This document shows, piece after piece, positions 8,632-16,969 of a stretch of 64,000 bases of DNA (position 1 is its first letter; each line of letters starts with the position of its first letter). This DNA is from an uncultured Erysipelotrichaceae bacterium (GTDB taxonomy: Bacteria; Bacillota_I; Bacilli_A; RF39; UBA660), in NCBI GenBank assembly GCA_902780395.1, contig CACZFH010000003.1, positions 2,333 to 66,332 of the forward strand. The letters are read 5' to 3'. The notes below the pieces were generated by a model. It was not told the DNA's origin, ran no database searches, and saw only the letters and a program-made list of their open reading frames with translations. The position numbers and the translations under genes are program-made.

Positions 8632-9006
8632 ATGATGGGAAGACCAAAAGGAACCAATAATAAAATGAGAACGCCAGAGGAAAAAGAAAAAATAGTTAAA
8701 GAGTATCTTGAGGGTGAATCGCCTGCTCGTTTAAATAGAAAATATGATTTACCTAATAAACTAATTTATCAGTGGATAAAAAAGTATGAAGATAATGGAT
8801 TTGATGGGCTTAAATCAAATACAGGTAAATATAGTACGGGTGGAAAAGGATTGCATTTCAAGAAACCAAAAAATAAAATTGAAGAACTTGAGTTAGAATT
8901 AATGAAGAAAGAAATAGAGATAGCCAGATTAAAAAAAGGCTATATGGTGAAAGGAGTTGGGGCCGAAAAGGAATTCGTTACTACATTCGACAAGAATACA
9001 AAATAG
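8632..9006 (+). CDS. IS3-family transposase OrfA (HTH domain)
   Basis: 124 aa with an HTH-like N-terminus and a leucine-zipper-like ELELELMKKEIEIARLKK. Slippery AAAAAAAG at 8931-8938. Confidence 0.85.
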   Translation: MMGRPKGTNNKMRTPEEKEKIVKEYLEGESPARLNRKYDLPNKLIYQWIKKYEDNGFDGLKSNTGKYSTGGKGLHFKKPKNKIEELELELMKKEIEIARLKKGYMVKGVGAEKEFVTTFDKNTK

Positions 9007-9038
9007 TAGATTATTGCAAACATAAATATTCTATCAAA

Positions 9039-9863
9039 ATGTTATGTGAGTATATGTCTATTAGTAGATCTGGATATTATAAATGGAAATATAGAAAAGA
9101 AAATCCTAGTTTAAAAGAAATCACAAGACAAAGTGATTTAGAATTAATTAAGAAAGTTCACAATAAACATAAAGCCCATGGTTATAGATGGATTAATAGG
9201 CATATTAGGAATCTATATGGGGTCTATTATACAGATAATTATGTTCATAGATTATGTAAGTATGAAAATATAAGATACCAAGGAAAGCATTACAAGTGGA
9301 AGAAACCAGATGAAGAACACGAAAAATTCAGTAATTTAGTATGGAATGGATGGAAGTATCTAACAAGACCATTCGAGGTAATAGTTTCGGACATGACATC
9401 GTTTAGGGTAAAAGGAACGTATTATGAACTAACAATGTACTTCGATGCGTGGAACAAGGAAATAATTGGTTATGGATTATCTTCTAGAAAAGGAGATAAA
9501 AGAAGTTACTATGATGGTTTAAACCAAGTTTTAAACAAAATAAAAGAAGAACAAATTGAAGACCCTATCATTTTGCATACCGACCAAGGCTCAGTTTATT
9601 CTTCTAAAAAATATAATAGTCTTCTAAATGAACTTAATATTCAACGATCAATGAGTCGAGCTGGAACACCAACAGATAATCCAGTAAATGAATCATTGAA
9701 TGGTTGGATTAAAGAAGAACTATTTATGGATTTCGATTTAAAACATTCTAATGACGTTCCAAATCTAATTAAATTATACATTGAATATTACAATAATGAA
9801 AGACCAAGCTATGCATTAAAATATAAAACCCCAATTCAATATAAACATGAATTAGGGTTCTAG
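9039..9863 (+). CDS. IS3-family transposase OrfB (DDE/rve integrase core), expressed as an OrfAB fusion by -1 frameshift
   Basis: DDE-type core (VSDMT..., HTDQGSVYSS, NPVNESLNGWIKEE). The orfB frame is open from the slippery site (8931) to 9039 and sits in the -1 frame relative to orfA. Confidence 0.85.
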   Translation: MLCEYMSISRSGYYKWKYRKENPSLKEITRQSDLELIKKVHNKHKAHGYRWINRHIRNLYGVYYTDNYVHRLCKYENIRYQGKHYKWKKPDEEHEKFSNLVWNGWKYLTRPFEVIVSDMTSFRVKGTYYELTMYFDAWNKEIIGYGLSSRKGDKRSYYDGLNQVLNKIKEEQIEDPIILHTDQGSVYSSKKYNSLLNELNIQRSMSRAGTPTDNPVNESLNGWIKEELFMDFDLKHSNDVPNLIKLYIEYYNNERPSYALKYKTPIQYKHELGF

Positions 9864-9990
9864 TAATTTTTTTAAACTGTCTATTTTTAGTTGACTAGTT
9901 TAAAAAAGTCTTTTTTTTTAGAAAAGTATTTAGTTTACTTTTTATTTATGATATACTTTATTCATAATAGGAGAATAGAAGGTGGAATAA

Positions 9991-12900
9991 ATGAGAATAT
10001 ACTTATTTTTAAATGATCGTCTTGTTACATTTACCTTACCAAAAAATCGTTTTGGTAGTTATACCTTCGACTATAATCCTTTGGAAGAAAGTAAATTAAT
10101 TAATATTGAAAATAGAAGTGGAAAATGGGTTTTATATGCTACAGAAGATGTAGAAGTATATACCTGTGAACAAGGAGTAAAAGAAACAGAGTTACTTCCT
10201 CAAAACTATTATTTCTTAAAAAGATTTGATATAACTTATTTAATATATGTAGTAAATGGTTTTGAAAATAATTTTTCACTATATAAATATAGTGATAATT
10301 ATACTATCACTATTGGTAAAGGAGAAGGTTGCAATGTTCAGTTTAATTGCCCTGTTATCAATGGAAAAGTATTGGAAATATCATTTGCTAATGACAAAAT
10401 TTGTTTAAAAAAAGGATCTGGAGTGAGAGTATATCGTAATGATTCCATGATTGATAATGAATCAGTTTATATTACTCAAGGAGATCGAATTAATTTATAT
10501 GGTTTAAAATTCATCTTTTTTAATGGTTGTATTCTTATAAACAAAATGCCAAATGTAAAATTTGATTATCAGCAATTAGGATTTAAACTAGGTGTTTTAA
10601 GACAAACCGAAGAAAAAAAAGATTTTGAAGTAAAAGATATTGATTTATATAAGCCAGAAGACTATTTTAATAAGTCTCCTCGGTTTAGAAGATTAATAGA
10701 AACCAAGAATATTAATCTAACAGCTCCACCATCTACCCAAGAAAAAGAAGAAATGCCATTATTATTAACAATAGCACCAATGCTTACAATGGCCATAACT
10801 TCTATTACAATGCTAGCTCAAACAGTTTCAAAATTACTAGATGGAACAGCAGATTTATATACAACATGGCCAAGTTTATTAGCAGCCATAGCTATGCTTT
10901 TATCAACTTTGTTATGGCCACGATTAATTAATAAATACCAAAAGAATCAAGAAAAAAAGAAACGAAAAGAATTAGTAGAAAAATATAAGGAATATTTAGA
11001 CAAAAAAAGAGCTGAATTAGAAGATGAAAAAATATTACAAAAAGAAATCATTATTGAAAATACAATCACAGTAAATGATTGCTTCAATAATATCAATGTA
11101 GGAAGATTAAACTTTTGGAGTAAAAGAGTAGAACAAAATGATTTTCTAAATGTTCGTTTAGGAATAGGAAATGAGTTATTAGATGTTGAAATCAATTATC
11201 CAGAAGAAGAATTTACAATTGAACAAGATGAATTAAAAAAAGAAGCTGATAAACTAGTAGAAGAATATAAGTATATAGAAAATGTTCCTCTAGGCTATTC
11301 ATTTGCTTCATGTAGAATAACTGGCATAATGGGTAATATTCATAAAATGTATGGATTGATGAATAATATAATACTTCAGTTAATATCTTTTTACAGTTAT
11401 GATGATGTAAAATTTGTAATATTAACCAATGAAAAGCATGCTAAAGCTTGGGAATATATGAAATATTTAAATCATACCTTTGATAATAATAAAGAAATAC
11501 GTTTCTTTTCAACAAACTATGAATCAGCAAAGAGAATAAATGATTATTTAAATATTGAACTACAACAACGATTATCATTACAAGGAGATGAAAAAAATCA
11601 AATTACCTTTAGACCACACTATATTATTATTACAGATGATTATACTCAAATAAAAGGCTTATCATTTATTAAAAGTTTAGTAGAAACAGATGTTTCTCTA
11701 GGATTTAGCTTTATTATTATGGAAAATACTCTAAGTAAATTACCAAGTAAATGTAATAATTTTATTTCTTTAGGAGATACATCATCATCTTTACTAAGAA
11801 ATTCTTATGAACAACAAGAACAACAATTATTTAAGGATGAAATTGTCTATAATATTGATATGAAATCAGTAGTTGAGAAAATATCAAATATTCCAGTAGC
11901 ATTCCAAGAAGGAAATAAGATGCTACCTGAATCGATTACTTTCTTAGAGATGGAAAAAGTAGGTAAAGTAGAACAATTAAATATCTTAGATAGATGGCAT
12001 AATAACGATTCTACCCAAAGCCTAAAAGCAGAAATTGGTGTAGATGCTGAAGGAAATTTAATGTATTTAGATTTACATGAAAAGTATCATGGACCACATG
12101 GCTTAATTGCCGGTATGACTGGTTCTGGTAAATCCGAATTTATTATTACTTATATTTTATCAATGGCTGTTAATTATAGTCCAGATGATGTAGCCTTTAT
12201 TTTAATTGACTACAAAGGTGGTGGACTAGCCTTTGCTTTTGAAAATAAGTCTTCGGGAATTGTTCTCCCACACTTAGCTGGAACCATAACAAACTTGGAT
12301 AAGGCCGAAATGAATCGTACCTTAGTAAGTATAGATAGTGAAATAAAAAGACGTCAAACACTATTTAATGCTGCTAGAGATAAACTAGGAGAGAGTACAA
12401 TTGATATTTATAAATATCAAGGCTTCTATCATGAAGGAAAATTAGATGAACCATTACCACACTTATTTATAATATGTGATGAGTTTGCTGAATTAAAGAG
12501 CCAACAACCAGATTTTATGGACAATTTAATTAGTGTTGCCCGTATTGGACGTTCCTTAGGAGTACACTTAATTTTAGCAACTCAAAAACCAAGTGGTGTT
12601 GTAAATGATCAAATTTGGTCTAATACAAAATTTAGAGTCTGCTTGAAAGTACAAGATACAAGTGACTCTAATGAAATGCTAAAAAAACCAGATGCTGCTA
12701 GTATCAAGCAAACAGGACGTTTTTATCTCCAAGTAGGGTATGATGAATACTTTGCTTTAGGTCAATCTGGCTGGGCAGGAGCCAAATATTTCCCATCAGA
12801 AAAAATAATAAAACAAGCAGATAAGAGTATAAATATTATTGATGATACAGGTAGTTTCATTAAAAGTATGCAAGCTAGTAACAATACTAGAATAGAAGCT

Positions 12901-14568
12901 CAAGGAGAGCAACTAGCTGCTATTTTAAATAAAGTGATTGAAGTAGCTGAAAGTGAACACAAAAAAGTTAAGAAATTATGGCTTGAAAATGTTCCCGCTA
13001 AGATTTTCTATAATGAATTAGCTTCTAAATATAAAGTAGAATTCAATCAAAACGATGTGGACATGATTATCGGAGAATATGATGCCCCAGAAAGTCAAAA
13101 ACAAGGATTAGTTCATTATAATTTAAGAGAGCAAGGAAATACTCTAATATATGGTAATGATGGAGAAGAAAGAGAAAAATGTATAAATGCTTTATTATAT
13201 TCTGCTTTTAAAAATTATACAGCTGAAGAGTTAAATGTATATTTAGTAGACTATGGTTCAGAAGTAACTCGTATGTTTGCAGAATTTCCACAATTTGGTG
13301 GAATGGTTTTTGCTGGAGACGATGAAAGACTTAAGAATTCACTAAATTTAATTGTCAAAGAAATTGCTTATAGAAAAAAAGCTTTTGTATCATACGGTGG
13401 TTCTTTTGAAGAATATAATAAGAATAATGAAGAAAAATTACCACAAATACTATATATTATGAATAATTATGAAGGAATAGATGAAGTTTATCCAAATCTA
13501 AGTGAGGATTTAACTAGTATTTGTAGAGATTGTACTAGATATGGAATATACTTTATCATTACTCTAAGTAACCCTTCTACACTACCAAGAAGAGCAAGAT
13601 TATCTTTTACAAATACAATTGCTTTCCACTTCTCAGATTCTTCTCAATATGAAGATGTATTTGATTTAAGATGTAGAATAAGACCAAAAGATATTTCAGG
13701 AAGAGGCTTAACCATTTGTGAAGGAGCAATTCATGAATTTCAAACCTTCTCAATTTCCGATGAAAATCATTCAGATAATGATATTGTTAAAGAATTATTA
13801 AAAGAGGTTAAAACAAAGAATACAACAGTTGCTAAAAAAATACCAGAATTACCTGATCGTGTAACCTTGGATATAATTGAAAAAGATATAAAGGATTATA
13901 ATTCAATCCCAATTGGAGTATATCGTAATTCTTTAAAGACAGCATTTATTGAGCTATCTAATATACCAATTTACACAATGAGTTCTGTTCGTTTACCATA
14001 TATGAACGCTTTTATAGAATCTTTTATGACAGTATTAAAAAGGATACCAAATTGCAGTGTAATATTTGTAGATGTCCAAAAGCAAGTACCAAAAATAAAG
14101 GATATTTGTCTGAACTATTTTGATGATAATCTATCTGCAGTAATTGAAAAAATGATTAAAATAGAAGAAGATCTAAATAATAGAAGTAAGCATTTCATCT
14201 ATGTATTCTATGGAATAGAAAAACTACCAAAAAAAGTACCAAATAAACAAATTCTAGAAAAATTAGTAAATCATGTTAAGAATAATGAACATAGTAATAT
14301 GATAATATGTGATTCTAATAAAGGTTTAAGAGAACTTGATGGAGAATCATGGTACTATAATGCTAGAAACAATACAGATGGATTATGGATAGGAAAAGGT
14401 GTAGATGATCAACAAGTATTAAAGATTAATAGAATAACAAAAGAAATGAGTAAGAACTATACCAACAATTATGGATATCTTGATGTTGATAGTACTCCAG
14501 AACTAGTAAAATTAATAGAATTTGCGGAAATCATTGAAGAGGAGGCAGAACAAGAAAATGAAGAATAA
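9991..14568 (+). CDS. essC: Type VII secretion FtsK/SpoIIIE-family ATPase, EssC/YukB-like
   Basis: 1525 aa with an N-terminal FHA-like region and two TM helices (aa ~256-312). First ATPase domain has Walker A GMTGSGKSE (nt 12112-12138) and Walker B LFIICDEFAEL. Two further FtsK-like domains have degenerate P-loops. Confidence 0.85.
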   Translation: MRIYLFLNDRLVTFTLPKNRFGSYTFDYNPLEESKLINIENRSGKWVLYATEDVEVYTCEQGVKETELLPQNYYFLKRFDITYLIYVVNGFENNFSLYKYSDNYTITIGKGEGCNVQFNCPVINGKVLEISFANDKICLKKGSGVRVYRNDSMIDNESVYITQGDRINLYGLKFIFFNGCILINKMPNVKFDYQQLGFKLGVLRQTEEKKDFEVKDIDLYKPEDYFNKSPRFRRLIETKNINLTAPPSTQEKEEMPLLLTIAPMLTMAITSITMLAQTVSKLLDGTADLYTTWPSLLAAIAMLLSTLLWPRLINKYQKNQEKKKRKELVEKYKEYLDKKRAELEDEKILQKEIIIENTITVNDCFNNINVGRLNFWSKRVEQNDFLNVRLGIGNELLDVEINYPEEEFTIEQDELKKEADKLVEEYKYIENVPLGYSFASCRITGIMGNIHKMYGLMNNIILQLISFYSYDDVKFVILTNEKHAKAWEYMKYLNHTFDNNKEIRFFSTNYESAKRINDYLNIELQQRLSLQGDEKNQITFRPHYIIITDDYTQIKGLSFIKSLVETDVSLGFSFIIMENTLSKLPSKCNNFISLGDTSSSLLRNSYEQQEQQLFKDEIVYNIDMKSVVEKISNIPVAFQEGNKMLPESITFLEMEKVGKVEQLNILDRWHNNDSTQSLKAEIGVDAEGNLMYLDLHEKYHGPHGLIAGMTGSGKSEFIITYILSMAVNYSPDDVAFILIDYKGGGLAFAFENKSSGIVLPHLAGTITNLDKAEMNRTLVSIDSEIKRRQTLFNAARDKLGESTIDIYKYQGFYHEGKLDEPLPHLFIICDEFAELKSQQPDFMDNLISVARIGRSLGVHLILATQKPSGVVNDQIWSNTKFRVCLKVQDTSDSNEMLKKPDAASIKQTGRFYLQVGYDEYFALGQSGWAGAKYFPSEKIIKQADKSINIIDDTGSFIKSMQASNNTRIEAQGEQLAAILNKVIEVAESEHKKVKKLWLENVPAKIFYNELASKYKVEFNQNDVDMIIGEYDAPESQKQGLVHYNLREQGNTLIYGNDGEEREKCINALLYSAFKNYTAEELNVYLVDYGSEVTRMFAEFPQFGGMVFAGDDERLKNSLNLIVKEIAYRKKAFVSYGGSFEEYNKNNEEKLPQILYIMNNYEGIDEVYPNLSEDLTSICRDCTRYGIYFIITLSNPSTLPRRARLSFTNTIAFHFSDSSQYEDVFDLRCRIRPKDISGRGLTICEGAIHEFQTFSISDENHSDNDIVKELLKEVKTKNTTVAKKIPELPDRVTLDIIEKDIKDYNSIPIGVYRNSLKTAFIELSNIPIYTMSSVRLPYMNAFIESFMTVLKRIPNCSVIFVDVQKQVPKIKDICLNYFDDNLSAVIEKMIKIEEDLNNRSKHFIYVFYGIEKLPKKVPNKQILEKLVNHVKNNEHSNMIICDSNKGLRELDGESWYYNARNNTDGLWIGKGVDDQQVLKINRITKEMSKNYTNNYGYLDVDSTPELVKLIEFAEIIEEEAEQENEE

Positions 14569-14833
14569 AGTTCTAGTAAAAATATTTATACCAGAAGTTG
14601 ATTCTGATTTTGATGTATATATTCCTGTCAATGAAATAATATGGAAAATCAAGAAGTTAGTTTCAAAATGTGCATCAGATCTAACGGGAGGAAATTTTGA
14701 TTTTTCCAAAGAATATGTTTTCTTAAATTCTAAAACAGGACAATTATACAGAGAAAATGATATTGTCATCAATACAGATATTAGAAATGCTACAGAATTA
14801 ATCTTAATATCAGTCAATGAAATAGCAATATAG
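14558..14833 (+). CDS. YukD/EsaB-like small ubiquitin-fold protein (T7SS accessory)
   Basis: 91 aa from ATG 14558 (GAGGAGG SD at 14540-14546), overlapping the essC stop. The pattern VLVKIFIP....FDVYIPVNEIIWKIKKLV ... NATELILI resembles B. subtilis YukD as recalled. Confidence 0.55.
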   Translation: MKNKVLVKIFIPEVDSDFDVYIPVNEIIWKIKKLVSKCASDLTGGNFDFSKEYVFLNSKTGQLYRENDIVINTDIRNATELILISVNEIAI

Positions 14834-14856
14834 AAGCTTATTTAAGCTTCTTTTTT
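14832..14856 (+). terminator. Rho-independent terminator after essC/yukD-like
   Basis: Stem AGAAGCTT / AAGCTTCT with a 4-nt loop and a T-run. Confidence 0.7.
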
Positions 14857-14887
14857 GTAAACAATATGTAAATAAAAAAAAATATAT

Positions 14888-14915
14888 TTGAAAGATAAAA
14901 ATGCTATGATATAAT
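14888..14915 (+). promoter_or_regulatory. Candidate sigma-A promoter for the 14974-17221 substrate operon
   Basis: TTGAAA (14888-14893), 16-nt spacer containing TGa, TATAAT (14910-14915). Confidence 0.45.
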
Positions 14916-14973
14916 AACAATAGATATAGTATATCTATAATAATATATAATATAGAAAATAGGAGGATTTATT

Positions 14974-15717
14974 ATGTTTGGATTATTTGGTGATGATATA
15001 TCAGGATACAATAAGGAAGAAATAGAAAAAAAACTAACCAGCACACTTAATGAGCTATTAGCAGAAATAGGAAAAATAGTAACAACGGATCTTAAAGCTG
15101 GGCTTGTTGACCCAATCTCAACAAAATGGTATGCAAAAGAAGCTCAAGACTATTTTAATGATGTAGTAGCCCCACATGTTTATAATTCAGGAATTGCAAT
15201 TAGAGGACTTTTACAAGATTTTTCTGATGCCATTGAAAAAAGTGGACAAAGATGGTCTTTAAGAACTGGAAATGAAGCACCTAAATTGGGTGAAATTAAT
15301 AGTATCGGTTCAAGTTTTAAGCTAGATGTATCAGCTATACAGAAAACTGCAGAAGGTGGGGCGGCTGTTTTATATGAAAAAGATGTAAACGATATTGCAA
15401 CAGGTTTAACTAAAGTTGAAGACCAAATAAATGACGAAATTAAAGCACTAGGTAATAAAATGGATGCTAGTACTTCATTCCTAGGACATGGCCAAGCTGA
15501 AGCACTTAAAGGCTGTTTAGATAAAATAATAGCAGAAATACATAAAATGTTTCAGAGTTTCTTAAGTGACGGTGAAACTTCAATAGCAACTCAATTACAA
15601 AAGTTCAAGGAAAAATATGCTACTGCCGCTAAAGCTGAGAAACAAATGTGGGATAATACGGAAGTTACTATAACTCAAGAAACACCTTCAGGTGCAGCTC
15701 CAGTCACAACGGAATAA
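14974..15717 (+). CDS. 247-aa helical protein; looks like two fused WXG100-like modules (putative T7SS substrate)
   Basis: AGGAGG SD. Motif KWYAKEAQDYF at aa 51-61 and FLGHGQAEALK at aa 169-179, each centred in a ~100-aa helical half. Confidence 0.4.
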   Translation: MFGLFGDDISGYNKEEIEKKLTSTLNELLAEIGKIVTTDLKAGLVDPISTKWYAKEAQDYFNDVVAPHVYNSGIAIRGLLQDFSDAIEKSGQRWSLRTGNEAPKLGEINSIGSSFKLDVSAIQKTAEGGAAVLYEKDVNDIATGLTKVEDQINDEIKALGNKMDASTSFLGHGQAEALKGCLDKIIAEIHKMFQSFLSDGETSIATQLQKFKEKYATAAKAEKQMWDNTEVTITQETPSGAAPVTTE

Positions 15718-15840
15718 ATATGATGCAAACACAGTAGAAGTATTAAAATATATAATTAGAAAGAAAAAAGATTGTAGAAATATAATCTTTTTCCAAATAT
15801 ATAATAATTTTATTATGTATTTGGAAGGAGATTAGTGGCC

Positions 15841-16734
15841 ATGGAAGTAAATGTTAAATTAGTAAGAGCAAGTTATGAATCCTTAAAAGCTGAATATGAA
15901 TCTCTTGAAGACATTGAATTAAACTTATTTTCATCTATAGGAAATATAAATAGTTTTGATTGGATTGATGGTAATTCAATGGATTTTGCTAAAGCTATTG
16001 AACCAGAAAAACTAGAAATAGATACATTTCAAATGTATGTTTTTAGTTTGATAAAAATATTCAATGATATATATAATTCATACAAAACATTAGGAAAAAA
16101 GATTAAATGTAATTTAGATAAAAAAAATGCTGTAATTACTTCCATCAATAATAATATATCAATAGTAGAATCAATTCTTAATGAGTATAATAGAACAGAT
16201 TTAGATTTTCCATATGGAGAATTTAGTACACTAAGAGGTTGTAAGAATAACTACAAAGAGATTAAGAAAAAATTAATAAATATGAAAGAGTATTTTAATT
16301 CTTTATTTTCTAAAATAAGTGAATTAGAAGTCCACATTGCTAATAAGATTAGAGAAATAGAAGAGTTTACTCCAAAAGAATTTGAATTTAATCTTTTTGC
16401 TAAAAGACCTCTTCATGATTTTGACAAAGGATATTTATTATATAATGATTTTGATTTAGATTATAAAAAAGTAGTATACTATAAAAATGCAGAAAAAGAT
16501 TCAAATCAAAATATTTATACAGGAATGAAAAATATAAAGGATTCCTATATTTCTAAGAATAATAATGCCTATCTTACTAATGTAGAAAACTATAAGAAAG
16601 ATTTCTTAGCACTATTTGTAAAAAGAAATAAATACATAAAATCATTAAGTGAAGTACCAACTTTATATGATAAAACAGCTATGGATACGATAACAACATT
16701 TGAGGAGGAAGAAATATGTACGACGGAGAAATAG
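15841..16734 (+). CDS. ~297-aa protein with a WXG/LXG-superfamily-like helical N-terminus (SFDWIDGNSMDFAKAI) and an uncharacterised C-terminal region; putative T7SS effector
   Basis: GGAAGGAG SD at 15823-15830 favours ATG 15841 over GTG 15835. N-terminal pattern and locus context support the call. Overlaps the next ORF by 19 nt. Confidence 0.35.
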   Translation: MEVNVKLVRASYESLKAEYESLEDIELNLFSSIGNINSFDWIDGNSMDFAKAIEPEKLEIDTFQMYVFSLIKIFNDIYNSYKTLGKKIKCNLDKKNAVITSINNNISIVESILNEYNRTDLDFPYGEFSTLRGCKNNYKEIKKKLINMKEYFNSLFSKISELEVHIANKIREIEEFTPKEFEFNLFAKRPLHDFDKGYLLYNDFDLDYKKVVYYKNAEKDSNQNIYTGMKNIKDSYISKNNNAYLTNVENYKKDFLALFVKRNKYIKSLSEVPTLYDKTAMDTITTFEEEEICTTEK

Positions 16735-16961
16735 AAGACTTAGAGAGAGTGTTAGACCATATTTATTCTATTAGAGAAAAAACCAAAGATTTAATTAAGG
16801 GAATGTATGCAATGGATGAAAAAATAACAGATAATTGCCTAATAAATGATGAAAATCCCAAGAAATCAGATATAGAAAACATTATAGATGATTTAGAAGA
16901 TAATGTTTCAGATTATACAAACTATGTAATACCAAGACTAGATGATAAAATAGAAAGCTAG
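16716..16961 (+). CDS. 81-aa acidic protein (candidate effector chaperone or immunity protein)
   Basis: GAGGAGG SD, translationally coupled to 15841-16734. N-terminal EIEDLERVLDHI motif is shared with the next ORF. Confidence 0.35.
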   Translation: MYDGEIEDLERVLDHIYSIREKTKDLIKGMYAMDEKITDNCLINDENPKKSDIENIIDDLEDNVSDYTNYVIPRLDDKIES

Positions 16962-16969
16962 GTGATAAA

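Larger units (their letters stand above)
8566..9888 (+). mobile_element. IS3-family insertion sequence (~1.32 kb), apparently intact
   Basis: About 27-bp imperfect terminal inverted repeats: AAAAGTAGACAGTTTAAAAAAATTACT at 8566-8592, matched by the reverse complement of 9862-9888. Possible 3-bp direct repeat AGT (8563-8565 / 9889-9891). orfA/orfB have an A7G slippery site. Confidence 0.8.

Noticed and set aside
9889-9990. essC promoter between the IS end and the start codon (TGaTATACT at 9949-9957 with a weak -35)
   Set aside because: Only the extended -10 is convincing and the -35 is poor, so it is too weak to report as a feature.
14512-14817. 101-aa reverse-strand ORF antisense to the YukD-like gene
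   Set aside because: It has no SD and a hydrophobic nonsense-like translation typical of antisense frames in AT-rich coding DNA. The same reasoning applies to the other short antisense track ORFs inside valS, essC, polC, infB, pnp, smc and others.
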